From Bacteroidetes bacterium GWE2_42_24 (lineage in GTDB: Bacteria; Bacteroidota; Bacteroidia; Bacteroidales; TTA-H9), in contig MEOA01000010.1 of assembly GCA_001768515.1 (NCBI GenBank), forward strand, positions 64,161 to 128,160: DNA of 64,000 nucleotides, given 5' to 3'. The notes under the pieces are model-generated. The model was given only the letters and a program-made list of their open reading frames with translations, was not told the origin of the DNA and searched no databases. How positions within the stretch are numbered: the stretch's first letter is position 1; each line of letters begins with the position of its first letter. Below are positions 30,520 through 40,792 of this stretch, piece by piece. A program made the position numbers and the translations under genes.

Positions 30520-31632
30520 ATGAAAAACACTAAACAAATACGAATCCTGATGAGCGGAGGTGGTACTGGTGGACACATCTTCCCGGCAATAGCAATTGCG
30601 AATGCAATCAAAGCAATGTCACCCGATGCAGAATTCCTCTTCGTCGGAGCCAGGGGGCGTATGGAAATGGAGAAGGTACCGCAGGCAGGTTATGAAATTA
30701 AAGGATTATGGATTAGTGGTTTAAAAAGGGAACTCAATTTTTCTAACCTGCTATTCCCGCTAAAGATAGCCGTTAGCATGTGGAAGGCTTACCGTATTGT
30801 TAAGAGCTTCAAGCCCGATATAGTTATCGGTACAGGTGGTTATGCAAGTGGACCCACATTGCGCGCAGCTGGCTTTCTAAAGATACCAACGGCCATTCAG
30901 GAACAAAATTCGTTTCCGGGTATCACCAACAAACTTTTAGCCGACAAGGCATTACGCATCTATGTTGCCTATGAAGGCCTTGAAAAATATTTTCCCGCCG
31001 GGAAACTGATTCTTAGCGGCAATCCCATCCGTCAGGACGCTGTTGACATCGCCGGAAAACGAGGTGATGGAGCAAGCTATTTTGGCATCGACCCTCACAA
31101 AACTACAGTGCTGGTTGTTGGCGGAAGTCAGGGAGCGCGATCGGTTAATCAAGCCGTAAAAACTTTCATTAGTACATTAGCCGGAAACAATTTACAACTC
31201 ATCTGGCAGACAGGTGTGGCTTTTGAGGCAGAAGCCAAAAGAGTTGTTCAGCCTTTTGAAGGTCAGGGCTTAAAAGCACTAGCCTTTATTAACAGGATGG
31301 ATCTGGCCTATGCGGCTGCCGATATCATTATCAGCCGCGCAGGGGCTATTGCCATTGCAGAACTTTCTGTAGTTGGTAAACCAGTCATTCTTATACCGCT
31401 TCCTACTGCTGCCGAAGACCATCAACGACATAATGCAGAGGCCCTGGTTAACAAGGGGGCAGCCCTGATGATAGCCGACAACCAATTGAAAGAAAAATTA
31501 TCAACTGAAGTAATCGCGCTGTCCACCAACACTGATAAATGCCGCGCTCTGGGAAATGCAATCGCAACTCTTGCCCGCCCATACGCTGACAAAACCATTG
31601 CCGAAGACGTTCTTAAATTAATTCACAAGTAA
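30520..31632 (+). CDS. murG: undecaprenyldiphospho-muramoylpentapeptide beta-N-acetylglucosaminyltransferase
   Basis: SGGGTGGHIFPA motif and GT28 layout. Confidence 0.9.
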   Translation: MKNTKQIRILMSGGGTGGHIFPAIAIANAIKAMSPDAEFLFVGARGRMEMEKVPQAGYEIKGLWISGLKRELNFSNLLFPLKIAVSMWKAYRIVKSFKPDIVIGTGGYASGPTLRAAGFLKIPTAIQEQNSFPGITNKLLADKALRIYVAYEGLEKYFPAGKLILSGNPIRQDAVDIAGKRGDGASYFGIDPHKTTVLVVGGSQGARSVNQAVKTFISTLAGNNLQLIWQTGVAFEAEAKRVVQPFEGQGLKALAFINRMDLAYAAADIIISRAGAIAIAELSVVGKPVILIPLPTAAEDHQRHNAEALVNKGAALMIADNQLKEKLSTEVIALSTNTDKCRALGNAIATLARPYADKTIAEDVLKLIHK

Positions 31633-31634
31633 CA

Positions 31635-33023
31635 ATGATCAGGATTAACGACATAAATCACATTTATTTCCTTGGAATCGGCGGTATTGGCATGAGTGCC
31701 ATAGCCCGTTTTTTCAAATGGAAAGGTGCAGATGTGTCGGGATATGATCGTACACCTTCGCATTTAACAGAAGAACTTCAAAAAGAAGGTATTTCAGTTT
31801 GGTTTGATGAATCACCAACTCTGATTCCCGGCAATATAGATTTGGTAGTAATCACGCCTGCTATTCCTGTTAACCATCGCGGTCTTGTCCATCTCAAAAA
31901 CAAAGGGTTACCCATTGTCAAAAGATCAGAACTCCTCGGGATCATTACAGGGGAAGGAAAAACCATTGCAGTAGCTGGAACCCATGGAAAAACAACTACC
32001 TCTACGCTGACTGCACATATTCTGTATCAATCTGAAATAGGATGCAATGCTTTTCTCGGGGGCATCTCTAAAAATTACCAAAATAACTTGCTGATCTCAG
32101 ATCATCCCACACCGTGGATGGTCACTGAAGCCGACGAATTCGACAGGAGCTTCTTACAACTGTATCCCTTTATTGCAACAATAACTGCTACCGATGCAGA
32201 TCATCTCGATATATATGGTACACATCAGGCATTACTCGACAGTTTTCAACAGTTTACCCAACAAATCCAACCAGGCGGTTTTCTTATCTTGAAAACAGGA
32301 ACACCTCTGGACATTATCAATAAAAGCCTTACGGTCTATACCTATTCTATTGATGACGAAACAACAGACTGTCATGCAGCAAACATCACGTTTGATGGAA
32401 CGCGCTATCATTTCGATCTGGTAATGCCTCGGCGAATCATACCGGATCTATGTCCCGGGATACCAGCAAAAGTAAATGTTGAAAATGCAGTAGCTGCTTG
32501 CACCATGGCCGCATTGGCCGGTTGCTCAGACAATGAAATCAGATCGGCATTGTCCACCTTTTCCGGTATCAGGCGCCGTTTCGACTTAAGAATCAATGAG
32601 GGTGGGCGGGTTTATATCGATGATTACGCCCATCATCCAGAAGAGATAAAAGCCCTGATCAGTTCAGTACGTCATATGTACCCAAACAGAAAAATCACAG
32701 GCGTTTTCCAACCTCATCTGTTCAGTCGTACCCGCGACTTCGCCGAAGGGTTTGCTCTGGAGCTAAGTAAACTTGATGAATGCTACTTACTTGACATCTA
32801 CCCAGCCCGCGAATTACCAATCAAGGGAATTACTTCTCAATTCGTGGCCGACAGAATGACAGCCGAACCAAAGGTTGTTTCAGTTAAAGCGCTTCTTCCC
32901 ATTATAGAAGACAAAAAACCGGAAGTCTTGTTGACCATCGGAGCAGGAGACATCGACAAACTGGTGGAACCATTGGAGATCATAATCAGAAACCAAATCA
33001 AACAGAGCAATGGAAAAATCTAA
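31635..33023 (+). CDS. murC: UDP-N-acetylmuramate--L-alanine ligase
   Basis: GIGGIGMSAIA and GTHGKTTT motifs. Confidence 0.9.
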   Translation: MIRINDINHIYFLGIGGIGMSAIARFFKWKGADVSGYDRTPSHLTEELQKEGISVWFDESPTLIPGNIDLVVITPAIPVNHRGLVHLKNKGLPIVKRSELLGIITGEGKTIAVAGTHGKTTTSTLTAHILYQSEIGCNAFLGGISKNYQNNLLISDHPTPWMVTEADEFDRSFLQLYPFIATITATDADHLDIYGTHQALLDSFQQFTQQIQPGGFLILKTGTPLDIINKSLTVYTYSIDDETTDCHAANITFDGTRYHFDLVMPRRIIPDLCPGIPAKVNVENAVAACTMAALAGCSDNEIRSALSTFSGIRRRFDLRINEGGRVYIDDYAHHPEEIKALISSVRHMYPNRKITGVFQPHLFSRTRDFAEGFALELSKLDECYLLDIYPARELPIKGITSQFVADRMTAEPKVVSVKALLPIIEDKKPEVLLTIGAGDIDKLVEPLEIIIRNQIKQSNGKI

Positions 33024-33798
33024 ACGCATAGCCATCATTATCCTGTGGTCACTTTTAATTCCAGCGGTTCTGGTTATCTTAGGATTTGCGGATGTAAACC
33101 GGAACCAACAACTTTGCAAGGGTATCGATGTTGAAGTGAAAATCCCCGGAGATGATGTAATCATCACAGAAGCTGAAGTCCTAACCATGGTTTCTTCAAC
33201 TTCAGAGCCATTAAAAGGACGTAAAATCAGTAGTATTAACCTGAAATCAATTGAATCGCGTATAAAAAGGAATCCCTGGATTGCCGATGCAGCAGTTTTT
33301 CCGACTCTGTCTGGAAAGCTATGCGTAAAAGCACAACCCAGAGAAGCAGATATCAGAATCATCAATCGATGGGGCGAGCAATATTACATCGACAAAACAG
33401 GTATCATGTATCCAACGCGACCAGGTTTCCCGGCACGTGTTCTGATCGCTTCAGGAATAATCAATACCCGCTTTGTAAAAGGAGGTAATGTGAATGAAGT
33501 GCCCGACTCAATAAAAAAACGCTCCATTTTACCCTCAGTGATGTATTTGAACAAATATATCGCTAATGATAAATTTCTAACGGCAATAATTGGACAGATC
33601 TATGTGGCTGAATCGGGTGATATAGAACTGGTTCCAATAACAGCCAATCATACCATTATTATCGGCGACACCTCTCACCTGGAACGCAAATTCGGAAAAC
33701 TAGTCATTTTCTACGACAAAATTCTGAAAACGCGTGGTTGGGATAAATACAAAACAGTGAATTTAAAATTTGAAAACCAAATAGTTTGTTCAAAATAA
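33010..33798 (+). CDS. ftsQ: cell division protein FtsQ (POTRA domain)
   Basis: 262 aa with an N-terminal TM helix. Lies between murC and ftsA and overlaps the murC end. Confidence 0.7.
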   Translation: MEKSKRIAIIILWSLLIPAVLVILGFADVNRNQQLCKGIDVEVKIPGDDVIITEAEVLTMVSSTSEPLKGRKISSINLKSIESRIKRNPWIADAAVFPTLSGKLCVKAQPREADIRIINRWGEQYYIDKTGIMYPTRPGFPARVLIASGIINTRFVKGGNVNEVPDSIKKRSILPSVMYLNKYIANDKFLTAIIGQIYVAESGDIELVPITANHTIIIGDTSHLERKFGKLVIFYDKILKTRGWDKYKTVNLKFENQIVCSK

Positions 33799-33805
33799 TA
33801 GGCTT

Positions 33806-35131
33806 ATGAAATCTCAGGAAGTATTCATCGTAGGACTCGATATCGGAACAACCAAAATCGCAGCCATTGTAGGTCGAAGGAATGAACATGGAAAAATTGA
33901 GATCCTCGGTTATGGCCGAACGGAATCAATTGGCGTTAAGAGAGGTATGGTCTCAAACATCGAGAACACCGTGCAATCCATTAAACTTGCTATTGAGGAG
34001 GCCGAAGCCAAATCAGGCGTTGAGATTAAGTACGTGAATGTTGGTATTGCAGGTCAGCATATCAAAAGTCTTCAGCATCGAGGAAATCTCATCAGAGGAA
34101 ATGCCGATGATGAGATCGCACAGCAAGACATTGATACGCTGATTAATAATATGTACAACCTGAACATGAACCCCGGCGAGGAGGTAATTGATGTGATTCC
34201 CCAGGATTTTATTATCGATGGGGAACAAGGGATCAAACATCCAGTCGGCATGTTGGGTAATTCCCTCGAAGCCAACTTTCATATCATAATTGGACAGACT
34301 GCTGCCGCTAAAAACATCTATAAATGTGTCAGAAAAGCCGGTCTTGAGGTTGTGGAACTAATTCTGGAGCCAATTGCATCAGCCGAAGCTGTCCTTTCTG
34401 AAGAAGAGAAAGAGGCTGGTGTTGTACTGGTCGATATTGGTGGTGGCACCACAGATATTGCGATCTTTCAGGATCATATCATCAGACACACGGCGGTAAT
34501 ACCATTTGGTGGTGACATCATCACTGAAGATGTTAAAGAAGGATGTAGCATCATAAAAAAGCATGCTGAAGAGCTAAAAATAAAATTTGGTTCAGCGCTG
34601 GCGGGAGAGAACCGCGATGAAGAAGTTGTAGCTATACCAGGCCTGCGGGGCAGGCCACCCAAAGAGATCACGCTTAAAAACCTGGCCAACATCATTCAGG
34701 CTAGGATGGAGGAAATAATTGAAAACATCTATTATGAAATAAAAAACTCCGGTTTTGAAAAGAAACTCATCGCCGGAATTGTCCTTACCGGTGGAGGCGC
34801 TCAGTTAAAACATGTCCGACAGCTAACTGAATACATGACAGGGATGGACGTCCGTATCGGTTACCCCAATGAGCATCTTGCACCAGGTTGTCCCGAAGAG
34901 ATGGCCAGTCCAGCTTACGCAACAGGCATCGGGCTTGTAATCATGGGACTACAAAGATACGAATCAGAGCAAAAGAAACGAACCAGAAAAGAGGATCCAA
35001 TTCCTGTTCAACAAGCTCCCGCGCAAAGCCAACCAGTACAAAAAGAAAAAGAAAGAAAGGAAGAAGAAACCCGGCGCCGAACCAGCTTTCTTGAAAGAAT
35101 CCAACGCTGGTTTGATGAAGGCAGCGAATAA
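33806..35131 (+). CDS. ftsA: cell division protein FtsA
   Basis: Actin-like ATPase motifs GLDIGTTKIAAIV, VDIGGGTTDIA and LTGGGAQL. The C-terminal amphipathic tail is preceded by a K/E-rich linker. Confidence 0.9.
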   Translation: MKSQEVFIVGLDIGTTKIAAIVGRRNEHGKIEILGYGRTESIGVKRGMVSNIENTVQSIKLAIEEAEAKSGVEIKYVNVGIAGQHIKSLQHRGNLIRGNADDEIAQQDIDTLINNMYNLNMNPGEEVIDVIPQDFIIDGEQGIKHPVGMLGNSLEANFHIIIGQTAAAKNIYKCVRKAGLEVVELILEPIASAEAVLSEEEKEAGVVLVDIGGGTTDIAIFQDHIIRHTAVIPFGGDIITEDVKEGCSIIKKHAEELKIKFGSALAGENRDEEVVAIPGLRGRPPKEITLKNLANIIQARMEEIIENIYYEIKNSGFEKKLIAGIVLTGGGAQLKHVRQLTEYMTGMDVRIGYPNEHLAPGCPEEMASPAYATGIGLVIMGLQRYESEQKKRTRKEDPIPVQQAPAQSQPVQKEKERKEEETRRRTSFLERIQRWFDEGSE

Positions 35132-35221
35132 AAAGTTATTAACAATAGATTGTTGATAACTAATTCAAAAAAATGACATTACAAGAATAATATTAGTTTA
35201 ATTTCGAAGAGGATAAAAATT

Positions 35222-36796
35222 ATGAATGACATGCTGAAATTCGACCTGCCGAAAGCGCAGTCTTCAATCATAAAAGTCGTTGGAGTTGGTGGTGGTGGTA
35301 ACAATGCCGTCAACCACATGTTTAAACATACGATTAAGGATGTGGACTTTATACAGTGCAATACCGACGCACAAGCGCTGGAAGCGAGCCCTGTTCCTAC
35401 AAAGATTCAACTGGGGGTTAACGGCCTTGGAGCCGGTGCAAAACCTGAAGTTGGACGTAAAGCGGCCGAAGAGTCAATAGAACAAATCCGCGCGTTGCTC
35501 GAAAAAAATACTCAAATGCTGTTCATTACAGCAGGAATGGGTGGAGGAACAGGAACAGGTGCTGCTCCTGTAATTGCTTCCGTCGCTCGTGAATTGGACA
35601 TCCTCACGGTTGGCATCGTTACAATTCCGTTCTCCTTTGAAGGAAGAAGACGTAAACTTCAGGCTGAACAAGGCATCGAAGAGCTTCGCAAATATGTTGA
35701 TACGCTGCTCATCATCAACAACGATAAATTACGCGAACTCTATGGTGACTTAAAACTTACCGAGGCTTTTGATCATGCCGATAACGTTCTTACCACGGCA
35801 GCTAAAGGTATTGCCGAAATAATCACCGTAAAGGGTTATGTGAACGTCGACTTCGAAGACGTCAAAACTGTTATGAAAGACTCGGGAAAGGCCATCATGG
35901 GTTCAGGTGTTGCCTCAGGCGAAAACCGTGCCCTTGAAGCCGTTGAAGTTGCATTATCGTCACCCTTACTTAACGACAGCGATATTCTGGGAGCTAAAAA
36001 TATCCTCCTCTATATTGCCTCTGGAACAGAAGAGGTAACTATGGATGAGGTAACCGAAATTACCGATTATATCCAGGAATCGGCAGGACTCGAAGCCGAT
36101 ATCATTTGGGGAACTGGCATTGATCAATCGCTCGAAGACCAGCTTAGTATCACGCTTATTGCAACAGGCTTCGCCACAAAACCTACATCGACGGAAACAA
36201 CAGGCCTGAAAAAAAACGTCGTAGGTCTTAATGACAACGTACAATCGACAGTAAAAATGCCGCCTATGAGGGAAGCGATCGATGAAATCACACTAATCAC
36301 TCCGAAGACAGAACAGCCTCTGGAGAGATCAAAACCCGAAATAATTGTTCATCAGTTGGAGATGACCGAAGTCCCCACACTTTCAATTCCACAACCTGAC
36401 CCGGCAACTACGCTGACGGAACCAGTCCTTATCAACCGTTCTGCCGAAACCGCAATCGCCAATGAGCCATCCATGAATCTGGACGGCAAACCCGATAACA
36501 GACCTTACTCTTTTGAGCAGCCGCTTCCTTCGGGATTCAATACCGAACGCATGGAAGCCCGCAGTGCTGAACGAGAATCAATCGTTAAACGCCAACTGCG
36601 GGAGATGAGTTGGCGCTCGAAAAACCCTGCCGCCCTGACTGAAATGGAAAACCAACCAGCCTACCAGCGTAAAAACGTAACCCTGGCCGAGGCTGTTCCC
36701 TCAAGCGAATCAGTTGTCTCACGATTTGTACTAACCAGCGAAAACGGCACTCCTGAAATCAAAAACAACTCCTACCTACACGACAATGTTGATTAA
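35222..36796 (+). CDS. ftsZ: cell division protein FtsZ (long disordered C-terminal linker)
   Basis: Tubulin signature [13 protein letters not shown] and NTDAQAL. 524 aa, with about 190 aa of low-complexity linker before the conserved C-terminal peptide. Confidence 0.95.
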   Translation: MNDMLKFDLPKAQSSIIKVVGVGGGGNNAVNHMFKHTIKDVDFIQCNTDAQALEASPVPTKIQLGVNGLGAGAKPEVGRKAAEESIEQIRALLEKNTQMLFITAGMGGGTGTGAAPVIASVARELDILTVGIVTIPFSFEGRRRKLQAEQGIEELRKYVDTLLIINNDKLRELYGDLKLTEAFDHADNVLTTAAKGIAEIITVKGYVNVDFEDVKTVMKDSGKAIMGSGVASGENRALEAVEVALSSPLLNDSDILGAKNILLYIASGTEEVTMDEVTEITDYIQESAGLEADIIWGTGIDQSLEDQLSITLIATGFATKPTSTETTGLKKNVVGLNDNVQSTVKMPPMREAIDEITLITPKTEQPLERSKPEIIVHQLEMTEVPTLSIPQPDPATTLTEPVLINRSAETAIANEPSMNLDGKPDNRPYSFEQPLPSGFNTERMEARSAERESIVKRQLREMSWRSKNPAALTEMENQPAYQRKNVTLAEAVPSSESVVSRFVLTSENGTPEIKNNSYLHDNVD

Positions 36797-36807
36797 ATAA
36801 AATTATT

Positions 36808-37263
36808 ATGTCACTCGAAATAATTATTAATAACGACATTAAAGCAGCCATGCTTGCACGCGATAAGCGTAAGCTGGAAGCACTGCGTGCCATTAAAGCC
36901 GCTTTGTTGCTCGAAAAGACCGGAAAAGATACATCAGGTGGAGAAATTCCCGATGAAGTGGAATTTAAAATGTTGCACAAACTGGTAAAACAACGCCGCG
37001 ATACTGCAGAAATCTATGAACATGAGAACCGTGCCGACCTTGCTGAGGAAGAACGCTATCAGCTCTCTATCATAGAAACTTACCTGCCGCAACAAATGAG
37101 TGAAGAAGAAATTCTGAAACATGTTAAACGAATCATCACGGAACTTGGAGCAACATCCGTCAAGGATATGGGCAAGGTAATGCAGGCTGCCTCGAAAGAA
37201 CTGGCGGGAAAAGCTGATAACAAAACTATCTCGGTCGCTATAAAGCAGACCCTCGGATTGTAA
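36808..37263 (+). CDS. GatB/YqeY domain protein
   Basis: 151 aa; IKAAMLARDKRKLEALRAIKAALL and the YLPQQMSEEE pattern. Confidence 0.8.
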   Translation: MSLEIIINNDIKAAMLARDKRKLEALRAIKAALLLEKTGKDTSGGEIPDEVEFKMLHKLVKQRRDTAEIYEHENRADLAEEERYQLSIIETYLPQQMSEEEILKHVKRIITELGATSVKDMGKVMQAASKELAGKADNKTISVAIKQTLGL

Positions 37264-37293
37264 GACGCCGGACGGTGTGATTCAAAACCCGAA

Positions 37294-37320
37294 AGCCGGC
37301 ATCTTGTCCGGCTTTTTTTG
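37294..37320 (+). terminator. rho-independent terminator closing the dcw/yqeY transcription unit
   Basis: AGCCGG-catcttgt-CCGGCT followed by TTTTTTT, about 30 nt after the stop. Confidence 0.75.
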
Positions 37321-37410
37321 GCTCAAAGTTAATCAGGCACCAATATTAATCGCTTTGTTTTTAATTAAATATAGCTACATATCCAGTAAATTGTTTAACA
37401 TATCAGTTGT

Positions 37411-37917
37411 ATGATCAAATGTCAGATTATTACCCTCAGTGACCGTGCCAGCTCAGGCGAATACATCGACACAAGTAGTGTGGATATCTCCGGCTATGTT
37501 AAACAATATTTCGAAGATAAAAACATAGAGTACTCAATTGGTTATACCCTGATTCCGGATGATGCCGATAAACTACGCGAATTAATCTATTATTTCACGC
37601 GAACAACCCAAGTGGAGGTAATCTTTACCTGTGGAGGAACGGGTGTCGGCCCCCGCGACATCACTCCCGAAACGGTAACACCATTGCTGGACAAAACCCT
37701 GCCAGGGGTCATGGAACTCATCAGAGTAAAATATGGACTGACCAATCCAAAAGCAACTCTGAGCCGTGGTATAGCCGGTATTATCAACCAAACGCTCATC
37801 TTCACACTTCCCGGAAGCCCGAAAGCAGGCAGGGAATACTGCGAAGTAATCATGCCGCTTCTGAAACATGCTGTTGATGTATTAAAAGGACACAAAAATC
37901 CTAATTGTAACCACTAA
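37411..37917 (+). CDS. MoaB/MogA-family molybdopterin adenylyltransferase-like protein
   Basis: 168 aa with GGTGVGPRDITPE and LPGSPKA motifs. Confidence 0.75.
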   Translation: MIKCQIITLSDRASSGEYIDTSSVDISGYVKQYFEDKNIEYSIGYTLIPDDADKLRELIYYFTRTTQVEVIFTCGGTGVGPRDITPETVTPLLDKTLPGVMELIRVKYGLTNPKATLSRGIAGIINQTLIFTLPGSPKAGREYCEVIMPLLKHAVDVLKGHKNPNCNH

Positions 37918-37931
37918 AGTAAAACATTACC

Positions 37932-38486
37932 ATGAATCGCGATAAGGCCATCGATCTCCTCCACACGTATGTGAAGAACCAGAAGATGATTCAGCATAGT
38001 CTGGCCTCTGAAGCCGTTATGCTTCAAATAGCGCTGCATCTTGGTCAGAATACAGAAACCTGGGCTATGGCAGGCCTGCTGCACGATCTTGATGTAGAGA
38101 TTACCAATGCCGACCCTAAAACCCATGGCCGCGAAACTGTACGTATACTGACAGAATTAGCAGAAGACGCTGAAATGATTGCCGCTATTGGTGCTCACAA
38201 TGAAGATTCTTGCAACAGACAAAGGGAAACAGTATTTGAACATGCCCTTGCCGCCGGCGAAACTATTACTGGCCTTATCACTGCCACTGCGCTGGTCTAT
38301 CCCGATCGTAAGGTAGCATCAGTGAAACCAAAGTCGGTAATTAAAAGAATGAAGGAGAAAGCATTCGCGGCAAGTGTAAAACGCGAAAACATCCTCGAAT
38401 GTGAAAAAATAGGAATACCAATTGAAGATTTTGTCATTTTGGCGTTAAATGCCATGACACTTATCCATCAGGATCTGGACCTCTAA
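37932..38486 (+). CDS. HD-domain metal-dependent phosphohydrolase
   Basis: 184 aa with H..(LLHDLD) HD motif spacing. Confidence 0.6.
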   Translation: MNRDKAIDLLHTYVKNQKMIQHSLASEAVMLQIALHLGQNTETWAMAGLLHDLDVEITNADPKTHGRETVRILTELAEDAEMIAAIGAHNEDSCNRQRETVFEHALAAGETITGLITATALVYPDRKVASVKPKSVIKRMKEKAFAASVKRENILECEKIGIPIEDFVILALNAMTLIHQDLDL

Positions 38487-38498
38487 GTAAAACAAGCC

Positions 38499-38792
38499 AT
38501 GAAGAATATCAGAATACCCAAATTACTAAAAAATAAATATGGAATCATTTTGATTCTGTTCGCAGCATGGATGTTGATGTTTGATGAAAACAATATTTTC
38601 CGGCAGATAAAGATTACTATCGAATATAACAAGTTGAAGAAAGAACGCTTGTTTTTCGAGCAGGAGATCAAAAACAACAGCCAGGGTGTTAAACAACTCT
38701 CAGATGACCCTGATCTGCTTGAAAAGCTAGCCCGTGAGCGCTATATGATGAAGAAAAGCAACGAAGACGTTTTCCTCATAATACCTGATTAA
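38499..38792 (+). CDS. FtsB/DivIC-family septum formation initiator
   Basis: 97 aa: one TM helix, then a coiled coil, and a C-terminal LEKLARERYMMKKSNEDVF motif. Confidence 0.65.
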   Translation: MKNIRIPKLLKNKYGIILILFAAWMLMFDENNIFRQIKITIEYNKLKKERLFFEQEIKNNSQGVKQLSDDPDLLEKLARERYMMKKSNEDVFLIIPD

Positions 38793-38943
38793 CCCTTCCT
38801 ATTTCCTTGCTTTCAGCATCTCAACGAAAAACCATTCAACATTATTCAATAAATAGGATTACTATTTTCAGCCCCAGCCACCGGCAATTATTGAAAAATC
38901 TAATACCCGGATATATTTAACAATCCTGCCTTAGCTAAAGATT

Positions 38944-40119
38944 TCAATCTTCACCTTCCATCTCAGGTAAATCCTTTACATAAGATGCATACTTGTCATC
39001 CTGTAATAGACTATCCTTTACTGCCTTTAATTGTCGCATGAGCGGGCGTTTGTATATAAATCCTGCCTTTGCCCTTCTTCTATCCGTGTCATCGTATCCG
39101 CTCAAATCAACATTATCCTCTTTTGAAGCATTCACCAGATCTATTTCTTCGGCTAAAACATCAAAAAGTTCCTTTGTCTCATTAGAATTAACGGCGAAAA
39201 ATCTAATTTGCTTTAATATCTCATTAGGCAGAGCATAAGGCCAATATTCATCGAAACGTCGGTCATAATGCCAGCCTCCTTGTTTGAAGTTTCTAATTAC
39301 TATTTTTTGAAGAATAATCGTTTCCAAAGAAACAGGAGCATTTCTCGAAAAAGCTTCCTTAATACTAACAACCTGATTAACTGAACTATCGGTATACCAT
39401 TTCTTCAACATGTTAATTGTCGCATTATCAAACTGAATTCCATATTCAGCTTTTGATCTAGACATTTCCTGATCAATATATTGGTAGTCTTTTTCAAACC
39501 TATGGAGGTATATACTATTGAGCCTTCCCTGATTCACAGATGTAGACACTTTAAGCGTAAATGCTGTCAGAATGCAAAGTACAAAGGATAATAAAATCCA
39601 CTTTTCCGAACGATAAACAAGCCTTACTGAAGCCCAACTTTGCATAAATATTACGATTGGCATCAGGATAAATAATATCTGATAATCTTCATACAGGTTA
39701 AAATAATTGTCATAGCCAGCCATTCCATATAAAACAATTGGCGGGATTGAGCCAAAGCGTGCAATTACCATTAAAATGACCCAAAAAATCAATAAAGCAT
39801 TTGATACTGCCAACTGTTTATACATTCTATCTAATCTACGATTATGAGTATGATTGCTCATCCAGATCCAAATGGTAATTGAAAATCCTAAAGTTGTTGC
39901 AAGGGTTGAAAAAAAATAATTAAAAAAAAGTAATTCATTATCCTTCAATATCAGTAAGTCAGTTGACATACTAGTGAAATACCGGTAAACTTCTCTAAAA
40001 TGATTAAATACCAATGCAATTAAAAACGCGGTAAAAAGTCCAGCGAAAATCCCCATCCAAAATCTATTTCGGCCGATGCTTTGAATAGATAAGTGATCTT
40101 TAACAAATCTTTTCGTCAT
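38944..40119 (-). CDS. hypothetical polytopic membrane protein with soluble C-terminal domain
   Basis: 391 aa: about 5-6 hydrophobic helices in the first 200 aa, then a hydrophilic 190-aa domain. No motif I recognise. AT-rich codon usage. Confidence 0.55.
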   Translation of the reverse strand: MTKRFVKDHLSIQSIGRNRFWMGIFAGLFTAFLIALVFNHFREVYRYFTSMSTDLLILKDNELLFFNYFFSTLATTLGFSITIWIWMSNHTHNRRLDRMYKQLAVSNALLIFWVILMVIARFGSIPPIVLYGMAGYDNYFNLYEDYQILFILMPIVIFMQSWASVRLVYRSEKWILLSFVLCILTAFTLKVSTSVNQGRLNSIYLHRFEKDYQYIDQEMSRSKAEYGIQFDNATINMLKKWYTDSSVNQVVSIKEAFSRNAPVSLETIILQKIVIRNFKQGGWHYDRRFDEYWPYALPNEILKQIRFFAVNSNETKELFDVLAEEIDLVNASKEDNVDLSGYDDTDRRRAKAGFIYKRPLMRQLKAVKDSLLQDDKYASYVKDLPEMEGED

Positions 40120-40302
40120 TTTGGTTTACTGTTCAATAGTATGAGATAACGATGGGTAAATAATGCGGATCGAATTTCGGAAAGTGCTAATGCCTGGTAA
40201 AGCTAAACTGGGACTCAAAATTACTCATAGTATAGTACACCGATCAAACTCAATAATATTTCCGTTGAAAGCGTTTCACACTTTACTATATTAGCCTATT
40301 CC

Positions 40303-40725
40303 TTATTCAATAAATTCATTTTCAATTCCCTCAAGTGTTGCAGATATCTTATGCCTCCAGTCTGATACTGTCTTTACATTCACACCGAGAGTTTTAGCTG
40401 CCTTCCTTACCGGAATATTCCCAACTATCATCTTGGTGTACTGATGGAACAAATCCGGTCTTTTTAGGTATGCACCCGCTGTTCCTGTTAAGTCATTAAA
40501 CGTCTTTAAACATGCCATGCACCTATACCGCTTTCTTCCCTTATAGATACCATGTCCAATAATACTTGTGCTTTTGCAGTGGGGACATTGAATCAACTGA
40601 TCCCTGTTGGGTTCAGATTTGATTAAACCCAGGTTCTCCTCTGAATTCAAATCTGATTCCAGACGATGGTACAAATCTATTTTATCCTGAATACTAAGCC
40701 GTGATAGTATTGTCTCAATTTTCAT
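40303..40725 (-). CDS. IS1595/IS1-like zinc-ribbon + HTH protein (transposase N-terminal module only)
   Basis: CPHCKS..17 aa..YRCMACLKTF zinc ribbon, followed by an HTH-like segment (VRKAAKTLGVNVKTVSDWRHKI). No DDE domain follows in any frame. Confidence 0.55.
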   Translation of the reverse strand: MKIETILSRLSIQDKIDLYHRLESDLNSEENLGLIKSEPNRDQLIQCPHCKSTSIIGHGIYKGRKRYRCMACLKTFNDLTGTAGAYLKRPDLFHQYTKMIVGNIPVRKAAKTLGVNVKTVSDWRHKISATLEGIENEFIE

Positions 40726-40792
40726 CTTTAAAAGGTTTAGGTTTCACATAAAACAAATACTTGCATCATAAGTAAGACCTAAGCATATACAC

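Noticed and set aside
21197-36796. Absence of murF and ddl from the dcw cluster.
   Set aside because: To my knowledge this gene order is the usual one in Bacteroidota, so it is not an anomaly of this window.
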